NCBI GenBank assembly: GCA_963798845.1
Contig: CAWCUS010000002.1
Span: forward strand, 192,001-256,000
Source: an uncultured Gemmatimonadales bacterium
GTDB taxonomy: Bacteria; Gemmatimonadota; Gemmatimonadetes; Longimicrobiales; RSA9
Reading direction: 5' to 3'
Length of the DNA stretch: 64,000 nucleotides
The stretch's first letter is position 1. The number at the start of each line of letters is the position of its first letter. The notes below the pieces were generated by a model. The model worked only from the letters and a program-made list of their open reading frames with translations, was not told the origin of the DNA and made no database searches. Shown here piece after piece: positions 7,537-16,207 of this stretch. Both the position numbers and the translations under genes were made by a program.

Positions 7537-10500
7537 ATGCCTTCGTCCGGCTTCCTCCGCGCGCCCGCCGGCACACTCGCCGGGCCGTCCCGCGTCCGCT
7601 CCCTGATCGTGGCCGCGTCGCTGGCGCTGCTCGCGGCCGCCGGCCCGCGACCGCTCGAGGCGCAGGGGACGCGCCTGCTCCGCTCCCCCACCGTGTCGGC
7701 CACGCAGGTGGCGTTCGAATACGGCGGAGACATCTGGTTGGTGGGTCGTCAGGGCGGAGAAGCGCGCCGCCTCACGGCGACGCCCGCGATCGAGACGGGT
7801 CCCCACTTCTCGCCGGACGGGACAATGATCGCGTTCACGTCGAACCGGACGGGCTCGGACCAGGTCTGGGTGGTGCCCGCGGAGGGCGGGGAGCCGCGTC
7901 GCCTGACGTGGTACCCTGGCGGCGGCGCAGAGGCGCGCGGCTGGACGCCGGACGGCAGGGAGATCCTGTACGCGTCCGGCCGCGGCTCCGCGCCGGTCTC
8001 GTACACGCACCTGTGGCTCGTCCCGGCTGGCGGCGGGCCGTCGCACGAGGTGCCCGAGCACATGGCGGCGCGGGGCTCGTTCTCCCCGGACGGCAGGCGC
8101 ATCGTGGTGGACCGCGTCCCGCGCTGGGACAGCGAGTTCCGCAACTACCGCGGCGGCCAGAACACCGCGCTCACCATCCTGGACCTGGACGACCTGTCCG
8201 AAGTGAAGCTGCCGAACGAGCGGACCACGGACACCGACCCCGTCTGGCTCGGGGACCGGATCTGGTTCCTGTCCGATCGCGACTTCGCGACCAACGTCTG
8301 GAGCTACGAGGTGGACACCGGCACGCTGGCCCAGGTCACCCGCTTCACCGCTGCCGACGTGAAGGCGCTGGGCGGCGGCGCCGCCGATGCGCTGGCGTTC
8401 GAGCAGGACGGCTGGCTCTGGCTCCTGGATCCCGCGAGCGGCGAGGCCCGCAAGCTGGACGTCACCGTGCGCGGGGACTTCCCGTGGGCCGCCCCGCACT
8501 GGGCGACGGTGAGCGACGAGGTCGCTTCCGCGTCGCTCTCGCCCACGGGCCAGCGGGCGCTCTTCGAAGCGCGCGGCGAGGTCTTCACGGTCCCGGCGGA
8601 GAAGGGCGATGTGCGCAACCTCACCCGCTCGCCGGGCGCCGCCGACCGCTCGCCGATCTGGTCGCCGGACGGGACGAAAGTGGCGTGGTTCTCCGACGCG
8701 GGCGACGGCTACCGGCTGATGGTCGAGGACCAGGACGGGCTCGGCGAGCCCCGGTCCCTGGAGCCGGGCGACGAGACGAAGTACGCGTGGTCGGTGACCT
8801 GGTCGCCGGACGGGGAGCGGCTGGCGTGGGTGGACCAGCGCGCCCGCATCCACGTCATGGAGCTGGCCAGCGCAAAGGTCCGCACCGCCGACGTGGACGG
8901 CACGATCCAGAACCGGGGCGGCCTCGGGCTCACCTGGTCGCCCGACTCGAAGTGGCTCGCGTACGCGAAAGAGTACCCGAACCACTTCCACCGGATCGTG
9001 GTGTGGTCGCTGGACAGCGGGAAGACGACGGCGCTCACCAATGCGCTGGCCGACGCCGTGTCCCCGGCCTGGGACGCCGGCGGGCGCTGGCTCTACTTCC
9101 TCGCCAGCACCGACCTCGGCCTGGCCAGCGGCTGGGCCAACCTGAGCAACGCCCAGGCGGATCCGTCGTACGGCGCGTACGTGGCCGTCCTGCGGAGCGG
9201 TGATCCCACGCCCTTCGCGCCGGAGAGCGACGAGGAGCCGGCCGGAGGCGGGAAGAGTGGCGCCGGGAAGGACGAGGCAGGCGGAAAGGGCGGAAAGGCC
9301 GCGGGCGGGAAGGCGTCGTCGTCGGAGAAGGGCGGTGCGGATTCGGCGGTGGACGTCCGCATCGACGCGGACGGCATCGCCCGCCGCATCGTGGCGCTGC
9401 CGGTGCCGGTGCGACGCTACGCGGAGCTCGCCGCGGGGCCGCGAGGCGTGGTCTTCATGGCCGAGCGCCAGGAGGACGGGCCCGGGGCCACGCTGCGCCG
9501 TTTCGACATGGAGAAGCGGAAGGAAGAGACATTCCTGGAGGGCGCGCGCAGCTTCGCTCTGTCGCGCGACGGCTCGAAGCTGCTGTACCGACAGGGATCC
9601 TCGTGGCACATCGTCGGCGACCGGCTCGCCGCCCAAGCCCGGGGACGGGAAGATCGATGTCGCCCTCCGGATGCGGGTGGAACCCGCGGAGGAGTGGCGG
9701 CAGATCTTCGAGGAAGCGTGGCGGATGGAGCGCGACTTCTTCTACGACCCGGGGCTCCACGGCGCCGACTGGACGGCGGTGCACGCGCGCTACGCGCCGC
9801 TGGTGCCGTACGTCCGCAGCCGCGAGGACCTGCGCTACATCCTGGACCAGGTGGGCGGCGAGCTGAGCGTGGGACACAGCTTCACCGGCGGCGGCGACTA
9901 CCCGGCCGTCGACACGGTGCGAACCGGGCTGCTGGGCGCCGACCTGGTGGCCGAGAACGGCCGCTGGCGCATCCGCCGCATATTGAGCACCGAAAGCTGG
10001 AACCCCGGGCTCTCCGCGCCGCTCGCCGCTCCCGGCGTGCGAGCCTCCGAGGGCGACTACCTGCTGGCCGTGAACGGCCGCGATCTCACCGCCGACGACA
10101 ACCCGTACCAGTGGCTCGACGGCACCGCCGACCAGCAGACCGCGCTGCGGCTGAACAGCCGCCCCTCCCCGGACGGGTCCTGGACCGTGACCGTGGTTCC
10201 GGTGCGGAGCGAGGCAGCGCTGCGCCAGCGCGCCTGGGTCGAGGACAACCGCCGCATGGTGGACTCGCTCTCCGACGGCCGGCTGGCGTACGTCTGGGTG
10301 CCCAACACCGGCGGCAGCGGGTTCGTCAACTTCAACCGCTACTTCTTCGCCCAGCAGGACCGTGACGGCGCGGTCATCGACGAGAGATTCAACGGCGGCG
10401 GCCTGCTCGACGACTACATGGTCGACCTGATGAGCCGAAAGCTCATTGGCGGCGTCACCAACGATGCCGCGGATGGCACGGACTACCGCCTCCCCATGGC

Positions 10501-10906
10501 CGGGATCCTCGGACCCAAGGTGCTGCTCATCAACGAGCTCGCCGGGTCCGGCGGCGATTACTTCCCCTGGGCCTTCCGCCAGCTCGACGTGGGGCCGCTC
10601 ATCGGCCAGCGCACCTGGGGAGGGCTGGTGGCCGCCTGCGCCCCCTACGCCCTCGTGGACGGCGGCTACATCACCTCCCCGTGCAGCGCCGTCTTCTCCG
10701 GCGACCACTGGGTGGCGGAGAACGAGGGCGTGCCGCCCGACATCCCCGTCTACTTCGACGCGAAGGACTACGCGGCTGGCCGCGACCCGCAGCTCGAGCG
10801 CGCCGTCCGGGAAGCGCTGAAGCTGCTCGAGACCGAAGGCGTGAACGCGCAGCGGCACCCGCCCTTCGTGAAGAAGGCCAGGCGGCCGGAGACGGGCGGG
10901 CAGTAG
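7537..10906 (+). CDS. Tricorn-type S41 protease (beta-propellers, PDZ, S41), split by an apparent +1 frameshift at about 9616
   Basis: N-part LLRSPT...YGGDIW, NYRGG; C-part DERFNGGG, AGSGGDYFP, GQRTWGG, ENEGVPPD, DPQLERAV in the next frame; deleting one G gives WHIVATGSPPKPGDG. Confidence 0.88.
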
Positions 10907-10939
10907 CAGGCGGATCGGGCGAAGGGCGCGCCGGATGTG

Positions 10940-10975
10940 AAAAGCGCCGCAGACCACGGGTGGCCGGCGGCGCTT
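10940..10975. terminator. Probable bidirectional terminator between tricorn gene and tRNA array
   Basis: AAAAGCGCCGC...GCGGCGCTT inverted repeat. Confidence 0.5.
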
Positions 10976-10989
10976 CCCTTTCGACTCAG

Positions 10990-11063
10990 TCGGGGAGACA
11001 GGATTTGAACCTGCGACCCCTGCGTCCCGAACGCAGTGCTCTACCGGGCTGAGCTACTCCCCG
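10990..11063 (-). tRNA. tRNA-Pro(CGG)
   Basis: Cloverleaf; CTGCG-TT-CGG-GA-CGCAG. Confidence 0.95.
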
Positions 11064-11132
11064 AGTCCTTCCGTCCTGCTCCAGCGGTGCGACACGCACG
11101 CCGGCCACCTCGGGCGGGTGGTCACGGCGTCA

Positions 11133-11217
11133 CGGACGGGGTGGGATTCGAACCCACGAGAGCTTGCGCCCCACACGATTTCCAATCGTGCTCCTTGAGC
11201 CGCTCGGACACCCGTCC
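11133..11217 (-). tRNA. tRNA-Ser(GGA)
   Basis: Cloverleaf with long variable arm; CACGA-TT-GGA-AA-TCGTG. Confidence 0.95.
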
Positions 11218-11227
11218 CGATGGCGAG

Positions 11228-11314
11228 CGGAGAGGGAGGGATTCGAACCCTCGAGGGCCTTTCGGCCCAAACGCCTTAGCAGGGCGCCGCCTTAAGCCTC
11301 TCGGCCACCTCTCC
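11228..11314 (-). tRNA. tRNA-Ser(GCT)
   Basis: Cloverleaf with long variable arm; GCGCC-CT-GCT-AA-GGCGT. Confidence 0.95.
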
Positions 11315-11336
11315 CATCCGTCGTACCCTTCTCCAG

Positions 11337-11409
11337 TTGCCCCTCCTGGGCTCGAACCAGGACTCTTCTGATCCAGAGTCAGACGTGTTGCCAGTTACAC
11401 CAAGGGGCA
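11337..11409 (-). tRNA. tRNA-Gln(CTG)
   Basis: Cloverleaf; TCTGA-CT-CTG-GA-TCAGA. Confidence 0.95.
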
Positions 11410-11436
11410 ATGTCCACCGGCTCCCGCGGGAGCCAG

Positions 11437-11509
11437 AGCGGGCGACCGGGCTCGAACCGGCGACCCTCAGCTTGGGAAGCTGATGCTCTACCAACTGAGC
11501 TACGCCCGC
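11437..11509 (-). tRNA. tRNA-Gly(CCC)
   Basis: Cloverleaf; TCAGC-TT-CCC-AA-GCTGA. Confidence 0.95.
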
Positions 11510-11587
11510 ACATTCCTTCAGTCAGTCGTGAACGCGAGCTTCGCAGACGGCTACGCCTGCGCCGCCTCTCGGAGGGCGCTCCAGCAG

Positions 11588-11661
11588 AGCCACCACGCGG
11601 ATTCGAACCGCGGACCCCATCATTACGAATGAATGTGCTCTACCAGCTGAGCTATGGTGGC
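11588..11661 (-). tRNA. tRNA-Thr(CGT), one extra base in anticodon stem
   Basis: Cloverleaf; CATTCA-TT-CGT-AA-TGATG (bulged T). Confidence 0.88.
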
Positions 11662-11668
11662 ACGTCAG

Positions 11669-11741
11669 TGGAGCTGAGGGGAGTCGAACCCCTGACCTCT
11701 GCAGTGCGATTGCAGCGCTCTCCCAACTGAGCTACAGCCCC
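11669..11741 (-). tRNA. tRNA-Ala(CGC)
   Basis: Cloverleaf, G3:U70; CTGCA-AT-CGC-AC-TGCAG. Confidence 0.95.
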
Positions 11742-11801
11742 AGCACTCCATCGTCCGGCGCGAGCCCGGGTCGTGGACCATCTCCCGGGGCCGCGGCTTC
11801 A

Positions 11802-11875
11802 TGGGCGCGAGAGGACTCGAACCTCTGACCTCTACGATGTCAACGTAGCGCTCTAACCAACTGAGCTACGCGCCC
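11802..11875 (-). tRNA. tRNA-Val(GAC)
   Basis: Cloverleaf; CTACG-TT-GAC-AT-CGTAG. Confidence 0.95.
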
Positions 11876-11967
11876 TCACTCGCACCGCGCGTCAGCGCGG
11901 TGCTTCACGCGCGCAGCGCGTCCCGCGCGGAACGCGTCCCCGTCGCCGTGACGCGTCCCCTTGCGAG

Positions 11968-12051
11968 TGGTGGGGGAAGGATTCGAACCTTCGTAGGGCG
12001 TGGCCCAACAGATTTACAGTCTGTCCCGTTTAGCCGCTTCGGTACCCCACC
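11968..12051 (-). tRNA. tRNA-Tyr(GTA)
   Basis: Cloverleaf with variable arm; ACAGA-CT-GTA-AA-TCTGT. Confidence 0.95.
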
Positions 12052-12055
12052 GGAG

Positions 12056-12139
12056 TGCCCACGACAGGACTCGAACCTGTACGCCCTTTCGGGCACTGGT
12101 CCCTCAAACCAGCCTGTCTACCAGTTTCAGCACGTGGGC
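12056..12139 (-). tRNA. tRNA-Leu(GAG)
   Basis: Cloverleaf with variable arm; CTGGT-TT-GAG-GG-ACCAG. Confidence 0.95.
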
Positions 12140-12160
12140 TCCCTGCATCCTGCGATCCAG

Positions 12161-12244
12161 TGCTCGGAAGAGGACTCGAACCTCCACGGGGTTGCCCCCA
12201 CATGGTCCTGAACCATGCGCGTCTACCAATTCCGCCATCCGAGC
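12161..12244 (-). tRNA. tRNA-Leu(CAG)
   Basis: Cloverleaf with variable arm; CATGG-TT-CAG-GA-CCATG. Confidence 0.95.
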
Positions 12245-12253
12245 GACCAACCA

Positions 12254-12326
12254 TGGAGCTGAGGGGAATCGAACCCCTGACCTCCTGAATGCCATTCAGG
12301 CGCTCTCCCAACTGAGCTACAGCCCC
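12254..12326 (-). tRNA. tRNA-Ala(GGC)
   Basis: Cloverleaf, G3:U70; CCTGA-AT-GGC-AT-TCAGG. Confidence 0.95.
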
Positions 12327-12423
12327 GGCGGCCGACCTGCCGGCGCGATCCCGGTCCGCCGGCCAACCTTCCCGGCGGCGTTTCGCCGCCTTCGTGTCGC
12401 ACCTCTCTTGTCAATCAACTCAG

Positions 12424-12498
12424 CGGGGCTGACGGGACTTGAACCCGCGACCTCCGGTGTGACAGACCGGCACTCTAACCAAACTGAGCTACAGCCCC
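12424..12498 (-). tRNA. tRNA-Asp(GTC)
   Basis: Cloverleaf; CCGGT-CT-GTC-AC-ACCGG. Confidence 0.95.
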
Positions 12499-12529
12499 TG
12501 ACCCCGACCCTTCCGGGCCGGCCAACCAG

Positions 12530-12602
12530 AGCGGGCGACCGGACTCGAACCGGCGACCTTCTGCATGGCAAGCAGACGCTCTACCAACTGAGCTACGCCC
12601 GC
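12530..12602 (-). tRNA. tRNA-Gly(GCC)
   Basis: Cloverleaf; TCTGC-TT-GCC-AT-GCAGA. Confidence 0.95.
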
Positions 12603-12741
12603 GCATTTCCCGCTCATCCTGCCTCAGAGCGCAAGGCCCTTCCCGCCACCTGGGCGGAGTCTGTGAACGCTCGGCGTTCACAGAACTGAGCTACGCCCGC
12701 GCATTTCCCGCTCATCCTGCCTCAGAGCGCAAGGCCCTTCC
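12586..12741. repeat. 58-bp direct repeat (12586-12643, 12684-12741) including the first 17 nt of tRNA-Gly(GCC), separated by a 40-bp hairpin spacer
   Basis: AACTGAGCTACGCCCGCGCATTTCCC...GGCCCTTCC occurs twice; spacer holds TCTGTGAACGC-TCG-GCGTTCACAGA. Confidence 0.9.
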
Positions 12742-12760
12742 TGCGAAACGAATCCTAGCA

Positions 12761-12832
12761 TGCCCCCAAGGGGAATCGAACCCCTATTACCAGCTTGAAA
12801 GGCTGGCGTCCTAGCCGTTAGACGATGAGGGC
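12761..12832 (-). tRNA. tRNA-Glu(TTC)
   Basis: Cloverleaf; CCAGC-CT-TTC-AA-GCTGG. Confidence 0.95.
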
Positions 12833-12905
12833 CCATCTGCCCTTCCAACGCCCGGCTCGGGGTCGCTTCCCGACGACGAGCACCACCCCGACAACGACGT
12901 CTTCA

Positions 12906-12978
12906 TACCCCCACGGGGAATCGAACCCCGGTCTTCTGGCTGAGAACCAGATATCCTAGGCCACTAGACGATGGGGGC
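12906..12978 (-). tRNA. tRNA-Glu(CTC)
   Basis: Cloverleaf; TCTGG-TT-CTC-AG-CCAGA. Confidence 0.95.
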
Positions 12979-13028
12979 CTGGCCCCGTGTGCGCGAGCCC
13001 GCTGGCGTCGCGCGCCATCCGCCGCTAG

Positions 13029-13101
13029 CAGGCCCGGAGGGACTTGAACCCCCAACCGCCGGTTTTGGAGACCGGTGCTCTACCAGTTGAGCTACGGACC
13101 T
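13029..13101 (-). tRNA. tRNA-Trp(CCA)
   Basis: Cloverleaf; CCGGT-CT-CCA-AA-ACCGG. Confidence 0.95.
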
Positions 13102-13108
13102 ACACCAG

Positions 13109-13181
13109 TGGCCGGGGACAGAATTGAACTGTCGACACCACGATTTTCAGTCGTGTGCTCTACCAACTGAGCTACCCGGCC
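13109..13181 (-). tRNA. tRNA-Phe(GAA)
   Basis: Cloverleaf; CACGA-CT-GAA-AA-TCGTG. Confidence 0.95.
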
Positions 13182-13347
13182 TCGTACCGACCATCATCGC
13201 GCGGCCGAAGGGCTCACGACCCCGAGAGCATGCCTGCGGTGCGAACTCCGGCCGCACACAGCGTGGCCCTCGCCGACCCTGCCCGGCCGCGCTCCAGAAC
13301 CCGAATTGTCAGCGGCAGCACGACCACCACCGCTCGTCCTTTCGACG

Positions 13348-13382
13348 AAAAGCCCGCCCCACGGTTCGGACTCGGGGCGGGC
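13348..13382 (-). terminator. Intrinsic terminator-like hairpin after tRNA-fMet
   Basis: Minus strand GCCCGCCCC...GGGGCGGGC followed by TTTT. Confidence 0.6.
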
Positions 13383-13406
13383 GGGCCGCGGGGCGGCCTT
13401 GCCGAA

Positions 13407-13480
13407 TAGCGGGGGCGGGATTTGAACCCGCGACCTCCGGGTTATGAGCCCGGCGAGCTACCAGACTGCTCCACCCCGCG
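13407..13480 (-). tRNA. Initiator tRNA-fMet(CAT)
   Basis: Unpaired C1:72, three G-C pairs in the anticodon stem (CCGGG-CT-CAT-AA-CCCGG). Confidence 0.95.
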
Positions 13481-13491
13481 TCGAGACACCT

Positions 13492-13520
13492 AAACTAGTC
13501 CGGGCCGTGGGGGGTGTCAA
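13492..13520 (-). promoter_or_regulatory. sigma70 promoter of tRNA array
   Basis: TTGACA-17bp-TAGTTT, 11 bp upstream of tRNA-fMet. Confidence 0.85.
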
Positions 13521-13570
13521 CCCCGCCCCGGCGCCTTCCAGGGTGCCCGTGTCGGCACGGATCGCGCCCC

Positions 13571-16078
13571 CTATCCGACCACCAGATTCACCAGGCGGTC
13601 GGGGACGAAAATGACCTTCCGGACGGCCTTCCCCTCCACCTGCCGGGCGACGTTCTCGTCAGCCAGCGCCGCTTCGCGGGCGTCCTTCTCGGAGATGCCC
13701 CTCGCCATCGGCATACGGGCGCGCAGCTTGCCGTTCACCTGCACCACGAACTCAATGCTTTCGGCGATGACCCTGTCCGGGTCGTAGTCCGGCCAGAGCA
13801 CCGGGTTGCGCGCGGATGCCTGCTTACGGAAGAGCGGGGCTTCGTGCCCGAGCCGCGCCCACAGCTCCTCGGCGATGTGCGGACCGAACGGCGCCGTCAG
13901 GACGACGAGCGGCTCGACCTCGCTCCGGCTCGCCAGCCGGCCGCCCTCCCGGACGGCGTTGAGGTACTCCATCATGGCGGCGATGGCCGTGTTGTACCTG
14001 AGCGCCGCGATGTCCTCGGTGACCTTCTTGATGGTGGCGTGCAGCTTCTGCTCGAGGTCGCCCGCGAGCGGGGCTTCTCCCAGGTCGTCGCGTACGATGG
14101 TGTCCCACAGGCGGGAGTAGAAGCCGCCGGGCCCGCTGAGCCCCTGGTCGCGGAAGTCGCCGCCCTCCTGGTAGGGTCCGAGGAACATGAGGTAGGTACG
14201 GAACGTGTCCGCGCCCCACTTCTCGATGTACTCGTCCGGGACCACCACATTGCCCCGGGACTTCGACATCTTGGCCCCGTCCTTGATGATGAGGCCGTGC
14301 TTGCGGAAGCGCTCGAACGGCTCCTCGAAGTCGATCAGGGCCAGGTCCTTCAGCACCATCGTGATGAATCGGGAGTAGAGCAGGTGCAGCACGCTGTGCT
14401 CCTCGCCCCCGATGTACATGTCCACCGGCAGCCACTTCTCCGTCCGTTCCGGGCCGAACGCGCGGTCGTCGAGCGCGGTGGACGGGTAGCGGAGGAAGTA
14501 CCAGGAGCTGTCCAGGAACGTGTCGCTCACGTCCGTCTCGCGCGTGGCCCTGCCGCCGCACGAGGGGCACGTCACCCGGTACCACGACTCGGCCCGGGCC
14601 AGGGGACTGATGCCCGAGGCGTCCGGCTTGTAATCGTCCACGTGCGGGAGCAGGACCGGGAGGTCGCTCTCGGGGACGGCGACGGTGCCGCAGTCGTCGC
14701 AGTAGATGATCGGGATGGGCGGACCCCAGTAGCGCTGGCGCGAGATGCACCAGTCGTGGAGCCGGTAGTTGATCCGCTCCTCGCCCAGCCCGCGCACGGC
14801 GAGCCAGTCGGTGATGGCCCGTTTCGCGTCGCGCCACGGCATGCCGTCGAACGGGTCGGAGTTGACCAGTGTCCCCTCGTCGCCGACGTAGGCCTGCTCC
14901 AGCGGGGTCAGCCCGTCCTCGCCCTCGCCCGCCACCACGCGCACGATCGGCAGCCCGAAGCGGGTGGCGAACTCGAAATCGCGCTCGTCGTGCCCGGGCA
15001 CGGCCATGATGGCGCCCGTGCCGTACTCCATGAGCACGTAGTCGGCGATCCACACCGGCACTTCCTCTCCCGTGGCCGGGTTCACGCAGAAGCCGCCCGT
15101 GAAGACGCCGGTCTTCTCCTTGTCGGTCTTCTTCCGGGAGACGAGGTCCATGGCCGCGGCCCCACGACGGTACGCCTCCACCTCCTCGCGACGGTCGTCC
15201 GTCGTGAGCGCGTCCACCGCCGGGTGCTCCGGCGCCAGCACCATGAACGTGGCACCGTAGAGCGTGTCCGGGCGGGTGGTGAAGACCTCGATCACCGGGC
15301 GGTCGGCGTGCACCTGCGCTTTCTCGTGCTCGTCCTCGGCGACCTTCTTCCGGGCGATGGGGAAGCGCACCAGCGCCCCCTCGCTCCTCCCGATCCAGTT
15401 CTCCTGCGCCTTCTTCGTCGTCTCCGACCAGTCGATCCAGGAGAGGTTGTCCAGGAGCCGGCCCGCGTATTCCGTGATCCGGAAGAACCACTGGCTGAGG
15501 AAGCGCTGCTCCACGGGCGTGCCGCAGCGTTCGCACGCGCCGGCGATGACCTGCTCGTTGGCCAGCACCGTCTGGCACGACGGGCACCAGTTGACCGGCG
15601 CCTCCTTCTTCTCCGCCAGACCCGCCTTGTAGAGCTGGAGGAAGATCCACTGGGTCCACCTGTAGTACGACGGGTCGGTGGTGTTCACCGCGTGGTTCCA
15701 GTCGTACATGGCGCCCGTGCGCTTCAGCTGGCGCGTGAAGTTGGCCACGTTGCTCGGGATCAGCTCCATGGGGTGCGTCCCCATCTTGAGCGCGAAGTTC
15801 TCGCTGTGGATCCCGAACGCGTCGAAGCCGATCGGCTCGAACACCGTGTGGCCGCGCAGCCGCATGTAGCGACCGTACACGTCGGCGCCCGTAAACGCGT
15901 AGATGTTCCCCACGTGCAGCCCCTCGGCCGACGGGTAGGGGAACATCATCAGGTTGAAGAAAGGCTTCTCGGCGCCGAGGAGCGTCTCCTCGTCGAGGGC
16001 GTTCGTGTTCTCCTCGGCCCAGCGGGCCTGCCATTTCTTCTCGAGCGCGGATGCGTTGTAGGTCTTGTCGTCCATCAC
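13571..16078 (-). CDS. leuS: Leucine--tRNA ligase
   Basis: MFPYPSAEGLHVGN (HIGH), FTTRPDT editing domain, DWCISRQRYWG, KMSKS, QVNGKLR. Confidence 0.97.
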   Translation of the reverse strand: MMDDKTYNASALEKKWQARWAEENTNALDEETLLGAEKPFFNLMMFPYPSAEGLHVGNIYAFTGADVYGRYMRLRGHTVFEPIGFDAFGIHSENFALKMGTHPMELIPSNVANFTRQLKRTGAMYDWNHAVNTTDPSYYRWTQWIFLQLYKAGLAEKKEAPVNWCPSCQTVLANEQVIAGACERCGTPVEQRFLSQWFFRITEYAGRLLDNLSWIDWSETTKKAQENWIGRSEGALVRFPIARKKVAEDEHEKAQVHADRPVIEVFTTRPDTLYGATFMVLAPEHPAVDALTTDDRREEVEAYRRGAAAMDLVSRKKTDKEKTGVFTGGFCVNPATGEEVPVWIADYVLMEYGTGAIMAVPGHDERDFEFATRFGLPIVRVVAGEGEDGLTPLEQAYVGDEGTLVNSDPFDGMPWRDAKRAITDWLAVRGLGEERINYRLHDWCISRQRYWGPPIPIIYCDDCGTVAVPESDLPVLLPHVDDYKPDASGISPLARAESWYRVTCPSCGGRATRETDVSDTFLDSSWYFLRYPSTALDDRAFGPERTEKWLPVDMYIGGEEHSVLHLLYSRFITMVLKDLALIDFEEPFERFRKHGLIIKDGAKMSKSRGNVVVPDEYIEKWGADTFRTYLMFLGPYQEGGDFRDQGLSGPGGFYSRLWDTIVRDDLGEAPLAGDLEQKLHATIKKVTEDIAALRYNTAIAAMMEYLNAVREGGRLASRSEVEPLVVLTAPFGPHIAEELWARLGHEAPLFRKQASARNPVLWPDYDPDRVIAESIEFVVQVNGKLRARMPMARGISEKDAREAALADENVARQVEGKAVRKVIFVPDRLVNLVVG

Positions 16079-16207
16079 ACAGCGGATGCCGATTGGCGTC
16101 TACGGCGAGTACCGGTCAGGGCGTGCACGGCTTGCAAGACCGTGAACGGCCGCGGGCCGGCTCCCGGGGCATGGCCCGGGCGCAAGCCAAACAACATATG
16201 CACGGGG

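Noticed and set aside
11036..13447. ORFs listed across the tRNA array
   Set aside because: Shadow frames of tRNA genes.
16079..16207. T-box leader for leuS
   Set aside because: Too short, and no T-box consensus (AAGGTGGTACC-like) seen.
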